Shown one piece after another: positions 17,424 to 28,062 of a stretch of 58,151 bases of DNA. The DNA comes from Candidatus Micrarchaeota archaeon (GTDB lineage: Archaea > Micrarchaeota > Micrarchaeia > Micrarchaeales > CABMGC01), in contig DAIDLJ010000002.1 in NCBI GenBank assembly GCA_027449585.1, positions 1-58,151 of the forward strand, given 5' to 3'. Position numbers and translations under genes: made by a program. The first letter of the stretch is position 1, and the number at the start of each line of letters is the position of its first letter. Under the pieces are notes generated by a model. It searched no databases and was not told the DNA's origin. It worked only from the letters and a program-made list of their open reading frames with translations.

Positions 17424-18896
17424 ATGAGCAACATATTACTTGAATCTTACTTAGAATCGAATTCCCTAGTCACGCACCAGATAGAGAGCTTCAACAGGTT
17501 GCTAGATTCCGGTATACAGTCAGTAATAAACAGGCAGAATCTCATAGAGCCTAGCGTAGAAGGGTTCGCACTCAAGCTCGGGAAGATTAGGCTTGAGAAG
17601 GCATCGGTAATAGAGGCAGATGGATCTAGAAGGCCGATAATGCCTAACGAGACAAGGCTTAGGAACCTCTCATATTCTGCGCCGATATTCATAGAGGTAG
17701 TGCCGATAATAAGAGGCATAGAGAAGTCCGCTTCCTTCGGTGAGGTCTTTGTCGGCGAGCTACCAATCATGGTTAGGAGCAACCTATGCTACATGAAGAC
17801 GCTCACAAAGCCGCAGATGATAGAGAACGGCGAGGATGCCGAGGACCCTGGGGGCTACTTCATAGTCAAGGGAGTGGAGAGGGTGCTTATAGGCCTTGAG
17901 GACGTTGCAGCAAACAGGATAATCACTACGAGGAAGAAGACAGGGGACAAGATAGCAAGCGTGGTATTCTCAACTGCGCCGGGATTCAGGGCAAGGTGCG
18001 TTGTCACAAGGGCACAGAACGGCATATTCACTGTAGATTTCCCGACGGTTCCAAAGAGCCTAAACTTCATGCTTATACTAAGGGCGCTGGGCCTCAAGCA
18101 GGCGGACATGATGAACTATGCTGGCGACCTTTTGTCATTCAAGAACGACATCATGCTAAACACCGAGGTCGCCGAGAGCAAGGACTTCTCGGTCAACGAG
18201 GCGCTCATAGAGCTCGGAAAGCTCTCAGCTCCGGGCCAGGCGAAGGAATATCAGCAGAAGAGGGCCGAGACGCAGATAGACAATTATCTACTTCCACACA
18301 TAGGGGAGGGAGCGGAGGACCGCTTTGAGAAGGGCAAGTACCTGATACAGATGGCAAGGAAGGCTACGATAATAGGGAACAATCTGGCCAAGGAGGACGA
18401 CAAGGACCACTATGGCAACAAGAGAGTAAAGTACTCTGGCGAGCTCATGGAGGAGCTCTTCGCATACGCATTTAGGTTCTTCACAAAGGAGGTAAAGTAC
18501 CAGATAGAAAGGACGAGCGCAAGAGGAAGAAAGCTCAGCATACAGTCGATAATCAACCCTGACACAATAACTGAAAGGATCGCATATGCCATGGGAACAG
18601 GAACATGGGTTGCGGGGCAGACGGGAGTATCGCAGGTGCTGGATAGGACGAACCTGATAAGCACATATACGCATCTTAGGAGGGTGAAGTCGCCGCTGGC
18701 AAAGAAGCACCCTCACTTCAAGGCAAGGGACGTCCATGGAACCCAGTGGGGAAAGATATGCCCTTCGGAGACTCCTGAAGGACAGGAGGTAGGACTTACC
18801 AAGTATCTTGCAGCAATGGCAAAGATAACGGTAGGCGCAGATGAAGCCTCGACAGAGCAGAGGATAAAGGAGCTCGGGAAGATAGAGAAATTGTGA
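17424..18896 (+). CDS. rpoB2: DNA-directed RNA polymerase subunit B'' (N-terminal half of split Rpo2)
   Basis: 490 aa. The N-terminus 'SYLESNSLVTHQIESFN' and the end '...ICPSETPEGQEVGLTK' are conserved RpoB blocks. Confidence 0.95.
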   Translation: MSNILLESYLESNSLVTHQIESFNRLLDSGIQSVINRQNLIEPSVEGFALKLGKIRLEKASVIEADGSRRPIMPNETRLRNLSYSAPIFIEVVPIIRGIEKSASFGEVFVGELPIMVRSNLCYMKTLTKPQMIENGEDAEDPGGYFIVKGVERVLIGLEDVAANRIITTRKKTGDKIASVVFSTAPGFRARCVVTRAQNGIFTVDFPTVPKSLNFMLILRALGLKQADMMNYAGDLLSFKNDIMLNTEVAESKDFSVNEALIELGKLSAPGQAKEYQQKRAETQIDNYLLPHIGEGAEDRFEKGKYLIQMARKATIIGNNLAKEDDKDHYGNKRVKYSGELMEELFAYAFRFFTKEVKYQIERTSARGRKLSIQSIINPDTITERIAYAMGTGTWVAGQTGVSQVLDRTNLISTYTHLRRVKSPLAKKHPHFKARDVHGTQWGKICPSETPEGQEVGLTKYLAAMAKITVGADEASTEQRIKELGKIEKL

Positions 18897-20728
18897 TGTT
18901 AATGGCAAAGGATATTCCAAAAGCTTACGTATACATAAATGGGAGAGTAGTCGGTACAGTAGCAGAGCCGCTCTCTCTTGTCAACGAGATACGCAGTGGA
19001 AGAAGGAAGGGAATGCTTTCTGGAGAAGTGAATGTCTCATACAATGAGAAGCTGAATTCTGTAAACATAAACACGGACAGGGGAAGAATAAGAAAGCCCT
19101 ATATCATACTTGAGAACGGAAAGCCAAAGCTGACCCCAGAAATAATAGAGAAGCTCAAGAGCAGGGAGATAAACTTCAACTACCTCCTAAGGAACGGGAT
19201 AGTAGAGTACCTTGATGCTGAGGAGGAGGAGAACATGCTTATAGCCCTTAGCGAGAAGGAGATAACTCCAAAGCACACGCACCTTGAGGTAGACATATCG
19301 TCGATATTCGGATTCACGATAAACACCTCACCATATCCTGAGCATAACTCGCTTGCAAGGCACGCGATGCTTGCAAACTTCACAAAGCAGGCGCAGGGAC
19401 TTTACGCTTCAAACTTCAACCAGAGATTCGATTCCAGGGCATACATTCTCTTCTATCCTCAAAAGCCGGTGGTCACAACTGCTGCATACGACACGGTGAA
19501 GATGACAAACCACCCTAGCGGACAGAACTTCGTCGTTGCGCTTTCAACATATTATGGATACAATATGGCAGATGCCATAGTGCTCAATCGCGCTGCGGTA
19601 GACAGGGGACTTGGAAGGAGCATGTTCTACAAGACCTATGTCGACGAGGAGAGGAGATATCCTGGAGGCCAGAGGGACAAGTTCAAGGTGCCTCCACCTA
19701 CTGCGGATGGATACATGGGAGAGCACGTTTATTCAAAGCTCAGCGAGGACGGGATAATAGAGCCGGAGCTGGAAGTGCAGGAGGGTGATGCCCTTATAGG
19801 AAAGGTCGCCCCGCCAAGATTCCTTGAGGAGAACCTGGGCGCAGGAGGGCTCGAGGAGAAGATGAGGGATGATACTGCAGTGCTTAAGACAGGGGAGAAG
19901 GGAGTTGTAGACAGCGTCATATTTACTGAGTCGACAGGTGCGACAAAGATAGTCAAGGTGAGGATCAGGAGCCTGAGGATCCCTGAGAATGGAGACAAGT
20001 TCGCAAGCAGGCACGGACAGAAGGGAGTGGTTGCATTGATAGTACCTCCTGAAGACATGCCGTTCACCGCAGAAGGAGTAGTGCCTGACCTGCTGCTCAA
20101 TCCGCACTCGATACCTACAAGGCTTACTTTCGGACACCTGCTTGAGACCCTGGGAGGGAAAGCTGGAGCAGTCAATGGAGAGATAGTCGACGGAACGGCA
20201 TTTGCAGAGAAGGGCTCGGACAGGATAGAGAGCTACGGAAAGGTGCTCGAGCAGCATGGATTTGACAGGTACGGCAACGAGGTGCTCTATGACGGAATGA
20301 CAGGCATGCCTTTCAGGTCGCAGATATTCAACGGAGTGGTATACTACAACAGGCTCTACCACATGGTCAGCAACAAGATACAGGTCAGGAGCAGAGGAAA
20401 GGTGCAGATACTCACCCACCAGCCTACGGAAGGAAAGGCAAGGCAGGGAGCGCTAAGGTTCGGAGAGATGGAACGTGACGCCCTCATAGGATACGGAGCG
20501 AGCCTTCTTTTGAAGGAGCGTCTGCTCGACCAGAGCGACAAGGCAGTCGTACTGGTATGCAAGGACTGCGGAATGCTCGGATATTACGATCATATAAAGA
20601 AGACGATGATATGCCCTCTGACAAAGGGAAGCAACTTCGTCGAAGTTGAAATAAGCTATGCCTTCAAGGTGCTGCTTGACGAGATCAAGTCGCTGCACAT
20701 AATGACGAGCATAAAGCTTAACGAGTGA
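18893..20728 (+). CDS. rpoB1: DNA-directed RNA polymerase subunit B' (C-terminal half of split Rpo2)
   Basis: 611 aa. It contains 'GDKFASRHGQKGV', 'RFGEMERDAL' and a C-terminal Zn ribbon. Its start overlaps the rpoB'' stop (GTGATG). Confidence 0.95.
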   Translation: MMLMAKDIPKAYVYINGRVVGTVAEPLSLVNEIRSGRRKGMLSGEVNVSYNEKLNSVNINTDRGRIRKPYIILENGKPKLTPEIIEKLKSREINFNYLLRNGIVEYLDAEEEENMLIALSEKEITPKHTHLEVDISSIFGFTINTSPYPEHNSLARHAMLANFTKQAQGLYASNFNQRFDSRAYILFYPQKPVVTTAAYDTVKMTNHPSGQNFVVALSTYYGYNMADAIVLNRAAVDRGLGRSMFYKTYVDEERRYPGGQRDKFKVPPPTADGYMGEHVYSKLSEDGIIEPELEVQEGDALIGKVAPPRFLEENLGAGGLEEKMRDDTAVLKTGEKGVVDSVIFTESTGATKIVKVRIRSLRIPENGDKFASRHGQKGVVALIVPPEDMPFTAEGVVPDLLLNPHSIPTRLTFGHLLETLGGKAGAVNGEIVDGTAFAEKGSDRIESYGKVLEQHGFDRYGNEVLYDGMTGMPFRSQIFNGVVYYNRLYHMVSNKIQVRSRGKVQILTHQPTEGKARQGALRFGEMERDALIGYGASLLLKERLLDQSDKAVVLVCKDCGMLGYYDHIKKTMICPLTKGSNFVEVEISYAFKVLLDEIKSLHIMTSIKLNE

Positions 20729-23298
20729 TGATCATGCAGACAGAGGTAATAGAGAACATAAAATTCGGGATAGTAAGCCCTGATGACGCTAAGAAGATAA
20801 GCGTGGTCAAGCTCACGGTGCCGGACACCTATAACGAGGACGGCTACCCTATAGAGGGAGGGCTGCTCGACCAGAGGATGGGCGTCATAGACCCAGGGCT
20901 GCTCTGCAAGACATGCGGAGCGAGAGCCAAGTCCTGCCCAGGGCACTTTGGAAGAATTGAATTGGTAAGGCCGGTGCTGCACTCCGAGTTCTCAAAGATA
21001 GTGTATATGATACTTCAATCGACGTGTAAGAGCTGCCATAAGCTGCTCCTTAGCGACGAGCACATAGACGAGTACAAGAATGCGCTTGCAAAGCTTGACA
21101 AGGTTGAGGAGGTTGCTACAGAGGCCATTGAAGAGAAGGTGGAGGCCGGATCCCTGCCTATGCTCAAGAGGCTCAAGAACATGAAGAAGTGCGAGAGGTG
21201 CGGCACGCCGAAAGGCAAACTCAAGTTCTCGGCTCCGACATACTTCTACGTTGACGACTACAAACTCAAGCCTGATGAGATAAGGGACCTCCTTGCAGCG
21301 ATAAGCGTCGAGGACCTTGGCGTGCTTGGCGTAGACTCGATTGCAAGCAGGCCGGAGTGGCTCGTTCTGAGCGTGCTTCTTGTGCCTCCAGTAAATGTAA
21401 GGCCTTCAATCACCTTGGAGAGCGGGGAGAGGAGCGAGGACGACCTAACCCACAAGCTTGTGGATATAATGCGTATAAACTTGAGGCTCGAGCAGAACCT
21501 GAATGCAGGCGCGCCTCAGATAATCATAGACGACCTATGGGAGCTTTTGCAGTATCACGTGACCACATACTTCAACAATGAGACGGCAAGCATACCTCCG
21601 GCAAGGCACAGGAGCGGAAGGGCGCTTAAGACGCTCGCTCAGAGGCTCAAGGGCAAGGAGGGGAGATTCAGGTACAACCTGAGCGGAAAGAGGGTCAACT
21701 ACTCCGCAAGAACAGTAATCAGCGTAGACCCTAACATAAATCTGGACGAGGTAGGAGTGCCGCTGGAGATAGCCTCCAAGCTCACGGTGCCTTTCTATGT
21801 GACCATGTGGAACCTGGAGAAGGCCAAGGAGCTGCTGCTTAGGACAGAATACCCGATGATAATAAATGTCATATCCAAGGACGGAAAGAGGAAGAGGGTC
21901 ATAGACCTCAACAGGGAGGAGCTGATAAAGGACCTTCAGCCTGGAGACGTGATGGAGAGGCAGCTGATGGACGGCGACGTAACGCTCTTCAACAGGCAGC
22001 CTTCGCTTCACAGGGTATCGATAATGTCGCACAAGGCAAAGGTTCTGAGCGGAAGGACATTCAGGATGAACTACTGCGTGACGCCGCCTTACAATGCAGA
22101 CTTCGACGGAGACGAGATGAACCTCCACGTGCCGCAGAACCTTGAGGCGCAGGCAGAGGCATCATATCTTATGAGCCCGCAGTACCAGATCTTCTCGCCA
22201 AGGGACGGAGATGCGATAATAACCAACAACGAGGACGGAATAACCGGAATGTACCTGATGACAAAGGAGGACAATTATCTTACAAAGGAGCAGGCAGTGT
22301 ACATGCTCTCGATAGCAAAGGTGTACGAGCTGCCTGCGCCTACAAAGGATGGACTATACCGCGGTAGGGACATCTTCAGCGTTCTTTTGCCTAAGGGGCT
22401 CAACTTCACCGGGAAGTCGACCAAGTCGCCTTTCGTGATAAAGGACGGCAAGCTCGTGAATGGAGTGGTGACAAAGGAGACCTTCGGAAGGGGGGACAAC
22501 AAGCTTCTGGTCAAGATAGGCAAGGACTATGGATACGAGGTGCTAAAGGAGTTCATATTCAAGTCGGCAAAAGTGGCTGACGCATACGTCACATTGATGG
22601 GAGTGACTGTGGGAGTAAAGGAATACACTACGAGCAGCAAGCTCGAAGTGGAGAGGGTGAGGCTGCTGCAGGAGACCTTCGGAAAGATAGAGGCGCTGAT
22701 CTCGCAGTACAAGACGAGGAAGCTTGAGCCGCTCATAGGATACACGCTAAGGCAGTCGCTTGAGAGGATGATAATAGCCGAGCTCAACCTGGTAAGGGAC
22801 AAGGCAGGAGAGACGCTGCTTAGGTACGAGACCTCTGAAGACAATGCCGCAGTTGAGATGACCAGGTCAGGATCTAGGGGAAGCGTGCTTAACATAGAGC
22901 AGATGACGATGTTCCTCGGACAGCAGGCAACCCTGAGCGGAGGAAGGATCAAGAGAGGATACTACACGAACAGAGTGCTTCCGCACATAGAGCCTGGAGA
23001 CGTAAGGCCAGGGGCGAGGGGCTTTGTGGCCACATCATATTATTCAGGTCTTGCACCAACCGACCTCTTCATGCACGCGGTAGGTTCAAGGAGCTCTGAG
23101 GTCTATAAGGCGCTGCTTACGGCAAGGTCCGGTTACCTTTACAGAAGGCTTTCAAATGCCCTGCAGGACTACTGCGTAGACTCTGACTACAGCGTTAGGG
23201 ATGCGAACAACAACCTGATCCAGACGGTCTACGGAGGAGACATGGTAAACCCGATCTTTGTGCAGTTCCAGAAGCTCGAGGCAGATGAGAAAGAGTGA
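20725..23298 (+). CDS. rpoA1: DNA-directed RNA polymerase subunit A' (Rpo1N)
   Basis: 857 aa. It has the Zn-binding '[16 protein letters not shown]' and the catalytic '[15 protein letters not shown]'. Confidence 0.96.
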   Translation: MMIMQTEVIENIKFGIVSPDDAKKISVVKLTVPDTYNEDGYPIEGGLLDQRMGVIDPGLLCKTCGARAKSCPGHFGRIELVRPVLHSEFSKIVYMILQSTCKSCHKLLLSDEHIDEYKNALAKLDKVEEVATEAIEEKVEAGSLPMLKRLKNMKKCERCGTPKGKLKFSAPTYFYVDDYKLKPDEIRDLLAAISVEDLGVLGVDSIASRPEWLVLSVLLVPPVNVRPSITLESGERSEDDLTHKLVDIMRINLRLEQNLNAGAPQIIIDDLWELLQYHVTTYFNNETASIPPARHRSGRALKTLAQRLKGKEGRFRYNLSGKRVNYSARTVISVDPNINLDEVGVPLEIASKLTVPFYVTMWNLEKAKELLLRTEYPMIINVISKDGKRKRVIDLNREELIKDLQPGDVMERQLMDGDVTLFNRQPSLHRVSIMSHKAKVLSGRTFRMNYCVTPPYNADFDGDEMNLHVPQNLEAQAEASYLMSPQYQIFSPRDGDAIITNNEDGITGMYLMTKEDNYLTKEQAVYMLSIAKVYELPAPTKDGLYRGRDIFSVLLPKGLNFTGKSTKSPFVIKDGKLVNGVVTKETFGRGDNKLLVKIGKDYGYEVLKEFIFKSAKVADAYVTLMGVTVGVKEYTTSSKLEVERVRLLQETFGKIEALISQYKTRKLEPLIGYTLRQSLERMIIAELNLVRDKAGETLLRYETSEDNAAVEMTRSGSRGSVLNIEQMTMFLGQQATLSGGRIKRGYYTNRVLPHIEPGDVRPGARGFVATSYYSGLAPTDLFMHAVGSRSSEVYKALLTARSGYLYRRLSNALQDYCVDSDYSVRDANNNLIQTVYGGDMVNPIFVQFQKLEADEKE

Positions 23299-24362
23299 TA
23301 TTTATGGCAAAAGACAAGGAAGTTTCAAAGTATCTGGTCGAATATGGCGAGCCGGTGGGCATAATAGCCGCCCAGTCGGTAGGAGAGCCTGGAACGCAGA
23401 TGATCCTTAGGTCATTCCACCTTGCAGGTATAGAGTCAACGATATCGACTTCCGGACTGCCAAGGATCATCGAGCTGGTTGACGCTAAGAAGAAGCCATC
23501 CACACCGATAACATACATCTATCTCGATGAGAAGATAGGGAAGAACTTTGACAGGGCAACGGAGGTGCTAAAGAGCATAAACGAGGTAAGGATGGGAAGC
23601 ATAGCAAAGAGGGTTCTTGAGAACTTCACAAAGGGAAAGATAAAGGTCGTGCTCGACAAGCAGGAACTTGAATCGGAAGGCGTAACGATAAGGCATGTGG
23701 CAAGCAAGATAGACAAGGCCCTGAACCTGGACTCTGTGGTCGAAGACAACGGCATAGTAATAAGCATGCACACAAGGAACCTAAAGGAGATACGCGCGGC
23801 AACGATAAACCTGATGAAGATGCTTGTGAGCGGAGTTGACGGCGCAGGAAAGGGGACGATAAGGAGGGATGACAAGACTGGAGAGTTCTACCTGGTATCG
23901 GCAGGAAGCAACATAGAAGGGATAATGCAGGTGGAAGGCGTGGACAAGACAAGGACTACGACCAATGATGTTTTCGCAATCTACAGGCTCTTTGGAATAG
24001 AGGCCGCAAGGAATTCGCTTGCACTTGAGCTCAAGAAGACTCTCAAGGAGCAGAAGATCTCGGTGGATGAAAGGCACCTTAACCTAATCGCAGATGCCAT
24101 GACCGCAAGCGGGACCATAAAGGGAGTCGGAAGGCACGGACTGAGCGGGGAGAAGAAGTCTGTCTTTGCAAGGGCTGCGTACGAAGAGACGCTCAAGCAC
24201 CTGATCCATGCTGCTGCATTCGGCGAGGTGGATTCAATGCGCGGAGTCACCGAGAACATACTCGTTGGAAAGCAGATACCAATAGGCACTGGCGCAGTCA
24301 GGCTCGCGATAAAGAAAGAGGATATGGCAAAGATCAAGCCGCAGTCTTCAAAGAAGGACTAA
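23295..24362 (+). CDS. rpoA2: DNA-directed RNA polymerase subunit A'' (Rpo1C)
   Basis: 355 aa. It contains '[19 protein letters not shown]' and 'LRSFHLAG'. The start is GTG at 23295 or ATG at 23304. Confidence 0.95.
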   Translation: MIFMAKDKEVSKYLVEYGEPVGIIAAQSVGEPGTQMILRSFHLAGIESTISTSGLPRIIELVDAKKKPSTPITYIYLDEKIGKNFDRATEVLKSINEVRMGSIAKRVLENFTKGKIKVVLDKQELESEGVTIRHVASKIDKALNLDSVVEDNGIVISMHTRNLKEIRAATINLMKMLVSGVDGAGKGTIRRDDKTGEFYLVSAGSNIEGIMQVEGVDKTRTTTNDVFAIYRLFGIEAARNSLALELKKTLKEQKISVDERHLNLIADAMTASGTIKGVGRHGLSGEKKSVFARAAYEETLKHLIHAAAFGEVDSMRGVTENILVGKQIPIGTGAVRLAIKKEDMAKIKPQSSKKD

Positions 24363-24401
24363 TGCTTAACTTGCGCTTGTCTTGGACCTGCCTTATCGCA
24401 T

Positions 24402-25736
24402 CTAGGATTTTTGTTTTTGCATGCCAAAGTTTACCTTCTTTATGGCATCCTCAAGTATGTCCATACCCTCCTCGAGGTTCTTCTGATTGATGGTTATAGG
24501 GGGAATTATCCTTAGCGAGGAGAACCCGGTTGGGAGCATGAGCAGGCCGTTGTTGAACGCCTCAACCGTTACATCATCACGCCCCTTAGGCGCCGGATCC
24601 TTTGACTTCTTGTCCTTTACGAACTCTATTGCAATCATCATGCCCAGGCCGCGCACGTCGCCGACTATCTCGTACTTCTCCTTCATCTCTTCGAGCCTGG
24701 CCAGCATATACCTGCCCTTCCTTCTTGCCTGGCCCTCTATTGAGGCCTTGTTCTTCATCACGTACTTGAGCTGCGCATCCGCGGCAGCCACCGCCGCAAG
24801 ATTTCCGCCGAAAGTATTTGAGTGGGCGCCTTCCGGCACGTCGCCCAGTGACTTCTTTACAACCGTGATCCCAATGGGCAGGCCTGCGCCAACGGCCTTG
24901 GCCATCGTATAGATATCGGCCTTCACGCCGAAGTTGTCAAGGGCGAGGAACTTTCCAGCCCTGAAATATCCTGCCTGCACCTCGTCTGAGACGAAGAGCA
25001 TTCCATTGTCCTGTGCTATCTCCTTTATTCCAAGTATAAATTCTTTTGGAGGGACTATATATCCGCCCTCCCCCTGCACAGGCTCTACGAACATTGCAGC
25101 GACCTCCTTGCCAGATACTTCCCTGCCAAGCGCGTACTTCTTTATGTAGTCCACGCACGCCATGCCGCATGATGGATACTCCTTGCCGAATGGGCAACGG
25201 TAGCAGTAGGCGTATGGGGCATGCACCGCCGCTGAGAACGGGCCGAAGTGCTCCCTGTGAGCGACCTTTGAAGCGGTAAGTGAGAGCGAGCCCATGGTCC
25301 TTCCGTGGAATGCGCCGTAGAAGGCCATGACGTACTGCCTCTTTGTGAATATCTTTGCATACTTTATGGCTGCCTCGTTTGCCTCGGTACCTGAGTTTGA
25401 GAAGAAGATCCTGCCAAATCCGTCGGGGAACATCTTGAGAACGTTCTCAGCGAATGTTACTGGCTCTTCTGCATAGTAATCGGTGAATGCGGCGTGAGAC
25501 AATTTGTCTATCTGCCTCTTTGCCGCCTCGCGCGCCTGCTTTGAGGCATTGACCCCGAAGTTGTAGACGCTTATGAAGGATGAGAAGTCGATGAACTTGT
25601 TTCCTGAGACGTCATAGACGAAGTCGCCGTCCCCGTGGGATGCAACGAATGGGACGTCCCCGCGCGTCGTTGTCATTATTACCTTGCTGTCCCTTGCAAT
25701 GATTCTCTTTATCTTATCGGTGTATATGAATTTCAT
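24402..25736 (-). CDS. Class III PLP-dependent aminotransferase (acetylornithine/4-aminobutyrate aminotransferase family)
   Basis: 444 aa. It shows the class III pattern 'FFSNSGTEANEAAIK', 'SDEVQAGYFRAGK' and 'MAKAVGAGLPIG' (Lys region). Substrate is not assignable. Confidence 0.8.
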   Translation of the reverse strand: MKFIYTDKIKRIIARDSKVIMTTTRGDVPFVASHGDGDFVYDVSGNKFIDFSSFISVYNFGVNASKQAREAAKRQIDKLSHAAFTDYYAEEPVTFAENVLKMFPDGFGRIFFSNSGTEANEAAIKYAKIFTKRQYVMAFYGAFHGRTMGSLSLTASKVAHREHFGPFSAAVHAPYAYCYRCPFGKEYPSCGMACVDYIKKYALGREVSGKEVAAMFVEPVQGEGGYIVPPKEFILGIKEIAQDNGMLFVSDEVQAGYFRAGKFLALDNFGVKADIYTMAKAVGAGLPIGITVVKKSLGDVPEGAHSNTFGGNLAAVAAADAQLKYVMKNKASIEGQARRKGRYMLARLEEMKEKYEIVGDVRGLGMMIAIEFVKDKKSKDPAPKGRDDVTVEAFNNGLLMLPTGFSSLRIIPPITINQKNLEEGMDILEDAIKKVNFGMQKQKS

Positions 25737-25802
25737 CCAGCTCCCGCTAAGAATTGGACGTGAAATTAATTAACACTTTCCTTAGGAAGACTAACCAGGA
25801 TA

Positions 25803-26054
25803 TCAGGACTTGAGCTTGGCCTTGTCTATCTCAAGGACCCTTGCGAGCTGGTCCTTGTCCCCCAATGACACCTTCTCTGAGAGGAACTCGAGGTGCTGTA
25901 CGTTGCACTTCCTCTCCTTTGGCCTTACGGAGCTTATTATCCTTACAAAGCTGCCGTCGACCACCTTGGTTATTACTGCCCTGCTACCTGCGTCCCTTCC
26001 AAGCTTCTTTATGCAGACTCTTCCTTCTTCTATTAGTGCCATTCTATCTACCAT
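25803..26054 (-). CDS. rpl14e: Ribosomal protein L14e
   Basis: 83 aa. It has a KOW-like 'EGRVCIKKLGRDAGSRAVITKVVD'. It sits in the conserved position after cmk. Confidence 0.85.
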   Translation of the reverse strand: MVDRMALIEEGRVCIKKLGRDAGSRAVITKVVDGSFVRIISSVRPKERKCNVQHLEFLSEKVSLGDKDQLARVLEIDKAKLKS

Positions 26055-26565
26055 TCTTTTTTGTCTTTATTTTAACAAGCGCGATTATGAGGTCAGCTGC
26101 CTGTGATATGCTTACCTTGTCAGTGTTTATATCTATATCGAATACCCTCCTGTTGTCGAGGTCTATTCCGTATATCTTCTTGTACCTACTCCTGTTGGTG
26201 TCGTCCTTCTCTATGACGTACTGCCTTGCATGCCTAAGCGGCTTGCCAAGCTCCTTTATCTTCCTCTTGATACGCGTGTCGAGGCTTGCATGCAGCCAGA
26301 CCTTGACCACTGCGTCCTTTATGAGCCAGGGCCCAAGCCATGTGGTGACTACGCTGTCCTCCATCCTTGCCTCCCTTATTATCTCCTGGTCGAACGACCT
26401 CTCGAACTGGGGTGTTGCATTCTTGGAGAACTTGAGAAGCTCCCTCCCAGCTGGTATGAACTTCTTGTGCGTCATTGAGACGTGCTTTATCTTAAGCTTC
26501 TTTGCAACCATGTCCCCTATGGTGGTCTTTCCTGAACCGGTAAGGCCGGATATAGCTATTATCAT
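26044..26565 (-). CDS. cmk: Cytidylate kinase, archaeal type
   Basis: 173 aa. It has the P-loop 'ISGLTGSGKTT'. It sits in the conserved L34e-cmk-L14e context. Confidence 0.85.
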   Translation of the reverse strand: MIIAISGLTGSGKTTIGDMVAKKLKIKHVSMTHKKFIPAGRELLKFSKNATPQFERSFDQEIIREARMEDSVVTTWLGPWLIKDAVVKVWLHASLDTRIKRKIKELGKPLRHARQYVIEKDDTNRSRYKKIYGIDLDNRRVFDIDINTDKVSISQAADLIIALVKIKTKKNGR

Positions 26566-26575
26566 TCCGACAACT

Positions 26576-26896
26576 TCAGTGGGATATCATCTGCAAGACG
26601 AACTGCCTGTCCACTATGCTTATGTCGTTGAGCTTCATCTCTCCGTGTTCTATCCTGCTTGCAAGCTTTATGACCTTGCCCGTGCATGACGAGCATAGGA
26701 CTCCGCCGAACTTCCTGGAGTTGGTTGACGTGCTCTTCCCCCTAGGCTTTAGGGAGATGCCGTTGAGCTCGCTCTTGCATATGGCGCAGTGCGGCATCGA
26801 CGTAGCTCTGCGCTTGTAGTGAATCACGTGCCTGTTCTTTGGCGTGACCCGATCCAGCCTCCTGAAGCTTCTTGATCTATGCATTGGTTTTGGCAA
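26576..26896 (-). CDS. rpl34e: Ribosomal protein L34e
   Basis: 106 aa. 'HRSRSFRRLDRVTPKNRHVIHYKRR' and 'CAICKSELNG...GGVLCSSC' are typical of L34e. Confidence 0.85.
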   Translation of the reverse strand: MPKPMHRSRSFRRLDRVTPKNRHVIHYKRRATSMPHCAICKSELNGISLKPRGKSTSTNSRKFGGVLCSSCTGKVIKLASRIEHGEMKLNDISIVDRQFVLQMISH

Positions 26897-26904
26897 ATTA
26901 ACAC

Positions 26905-27363
26905 CTATTGAGCAGTATTTGCAACCGCCTGTTTCTTGGCCGTGACGCGCTCATACGCAGCAAGCAGTATGCTGCTGAGCATTCCAAGAACGAAGGATGC
27001 TGCTATGAAGAATGTTTTGTATGGAAGAGTATATGAAAGTACCGTAACCGTGAGCGTGGCCGGGAAGAGCATCGGAAGCAGCACGTAGAAGAGCAGGAAG
27101 AATATGGGCAGTATTATCAGCGTTGGCTTTATCTGGTGCTTCATGCTCTCTGATGCAAGCTCGGTTATCTCCTTCTGCTTGAGCTCTACTATCTCCTTGC
27201 TTACGTCCTTTTCGAAGGCCCGCAGCTCCTTCATCTTTGCGTCCATCTCCTTCTTTATCTCCTTTATCCGCTTGTAGTTTGCTATCCTCCTCTGCGCAAA
27301 GACCGAGAACGAGACGTAGAGTATCGCTATTGCTATCAGCGCTATTATTGGGTTCAAATTCAT
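26905..27363 (-). CDS. DUF106 membrane protein (archaeal YidC/Oxa1/EMC3-like insertase)
   Basis: 152 aa from the internal ATG at 27363, which overlaps the adk stop as ATGA. The layout is TM1, a charged coiled coil (KEIKKEMDAKMKELRAFEKD), then 2 TMs. It sits in the conserved position between adk and L34e. The upstream 47 codons of the track ORF overlap adk and are discounted. Confidence 0.7.
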   Translation of the reverse strand: MNLNPIIALIAIAILYVSFSVFAQRRIANYKRIKEIKKEMDAKMKELRAFEKDVSKEIVELKQKEITELASESMKHQIKPTLIILPIFFLLFYVLLPMLFPATLTVTVLSYTLPYKTFFIAASFVLGMLSSILLAAYERVTAKKQAVANTAQ

Positions 27364-27935
27364 CCTCCGACTATCTCTTTTGTTATCCTGTGGACCTCTT
27401 CGACCGCCTTCGAGAGCGCGCCGTCCTGGTTGTAGATTATGTATATTGGTATGTTTAGGTATACTGCGAATGTTGATATTATTGAGATATTGACGCTCCT
27501 CCACTCGTCTATCTCCGTGATCGTATCATAGGCCCTCTTCCTTGAATGATCGCTTAGGCTTCTTTGGAGTATCTCCTCGGAGGTTGCATCTATGTAGATT
27601 ATTGCGCTTATCCTTATCTTCTGCAGCTCGTCTATCGAGAATCCGGGCCTGTATCTCCTTCCCTGCTTTACCGATGCGTGCGTGTCTATTATTGCGTCCT
27701 CCTTGGAGTCGATTATCTTCTGCATTATGCCGTTCCTTATAGCTATCGTTGTCTTGTCGTCTATTACCCTGAGCTGGTCCCTGTCAGTCATGTTGAACTT
27801 CTCCCGGGCGATCTCCAGCATCTCAGTTCCAAGATTTATGACCTTGAGCTTATCTCCGCCAAGCTTTGGGAGCTCGGCAAGTATTGTGCTCTTTCCTGCG
27901 CCGGCGGTTCCTGTTACGAGTATTAGCTTTGTCAT
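27360..27935 (-). CDS. adkA: Adenylate kinase, archaeal AdkA type
   Basis: 191 aa. It has the P-loop 'VTGTAGAGKST' plus 'DRDQLR', 'IDTHASVK..RYRPGF' and 'RKRAYD'. Confidence 0.88.
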   Translation of the reverse strand: MTKLILVTGTAGAGKSTILAELPKLGGDKLKVINLGTEMLEIAREKFNMTDRDQLRVIDDKTTIAIRNGIMQKIIDSKEDAIIDTHASVKQGRRYRPGFSIDELQKIRISAIIYIDATSEEILQRSLSDHSRKRAYDTITEIDEWRSVNISIISTFAVYLNIPIYIIYNQDGALSKAVEEVHRITKEIVGG

Positions 27936-28010
27936 ATTAACTCCAGTGAAGAATACTATAATATATGCTAAGGTATAAAAGTGTGGCTCTTTATCGGAAT
28001 TATGACGTAT

Positions 28011-28033
28011 AATGGCCGCATTTTACGGCCATT
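28011..28033 (-). terminator. Perfect 8-bp hairpin downstream of the thermosome gene (possible terminator or RNA-stability element)
   Basis: AATGGCCG-cattta-CGGCCATT begins about 30 nt past the ths stop. It lies between ths and the adk TATA (TTTTATAC on the minus strand, ~27971-27984). Confidence 0.35.
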
Positions 28034-28062
28034 TTAGCCACAATTACCTTTTTGGAATCTTT

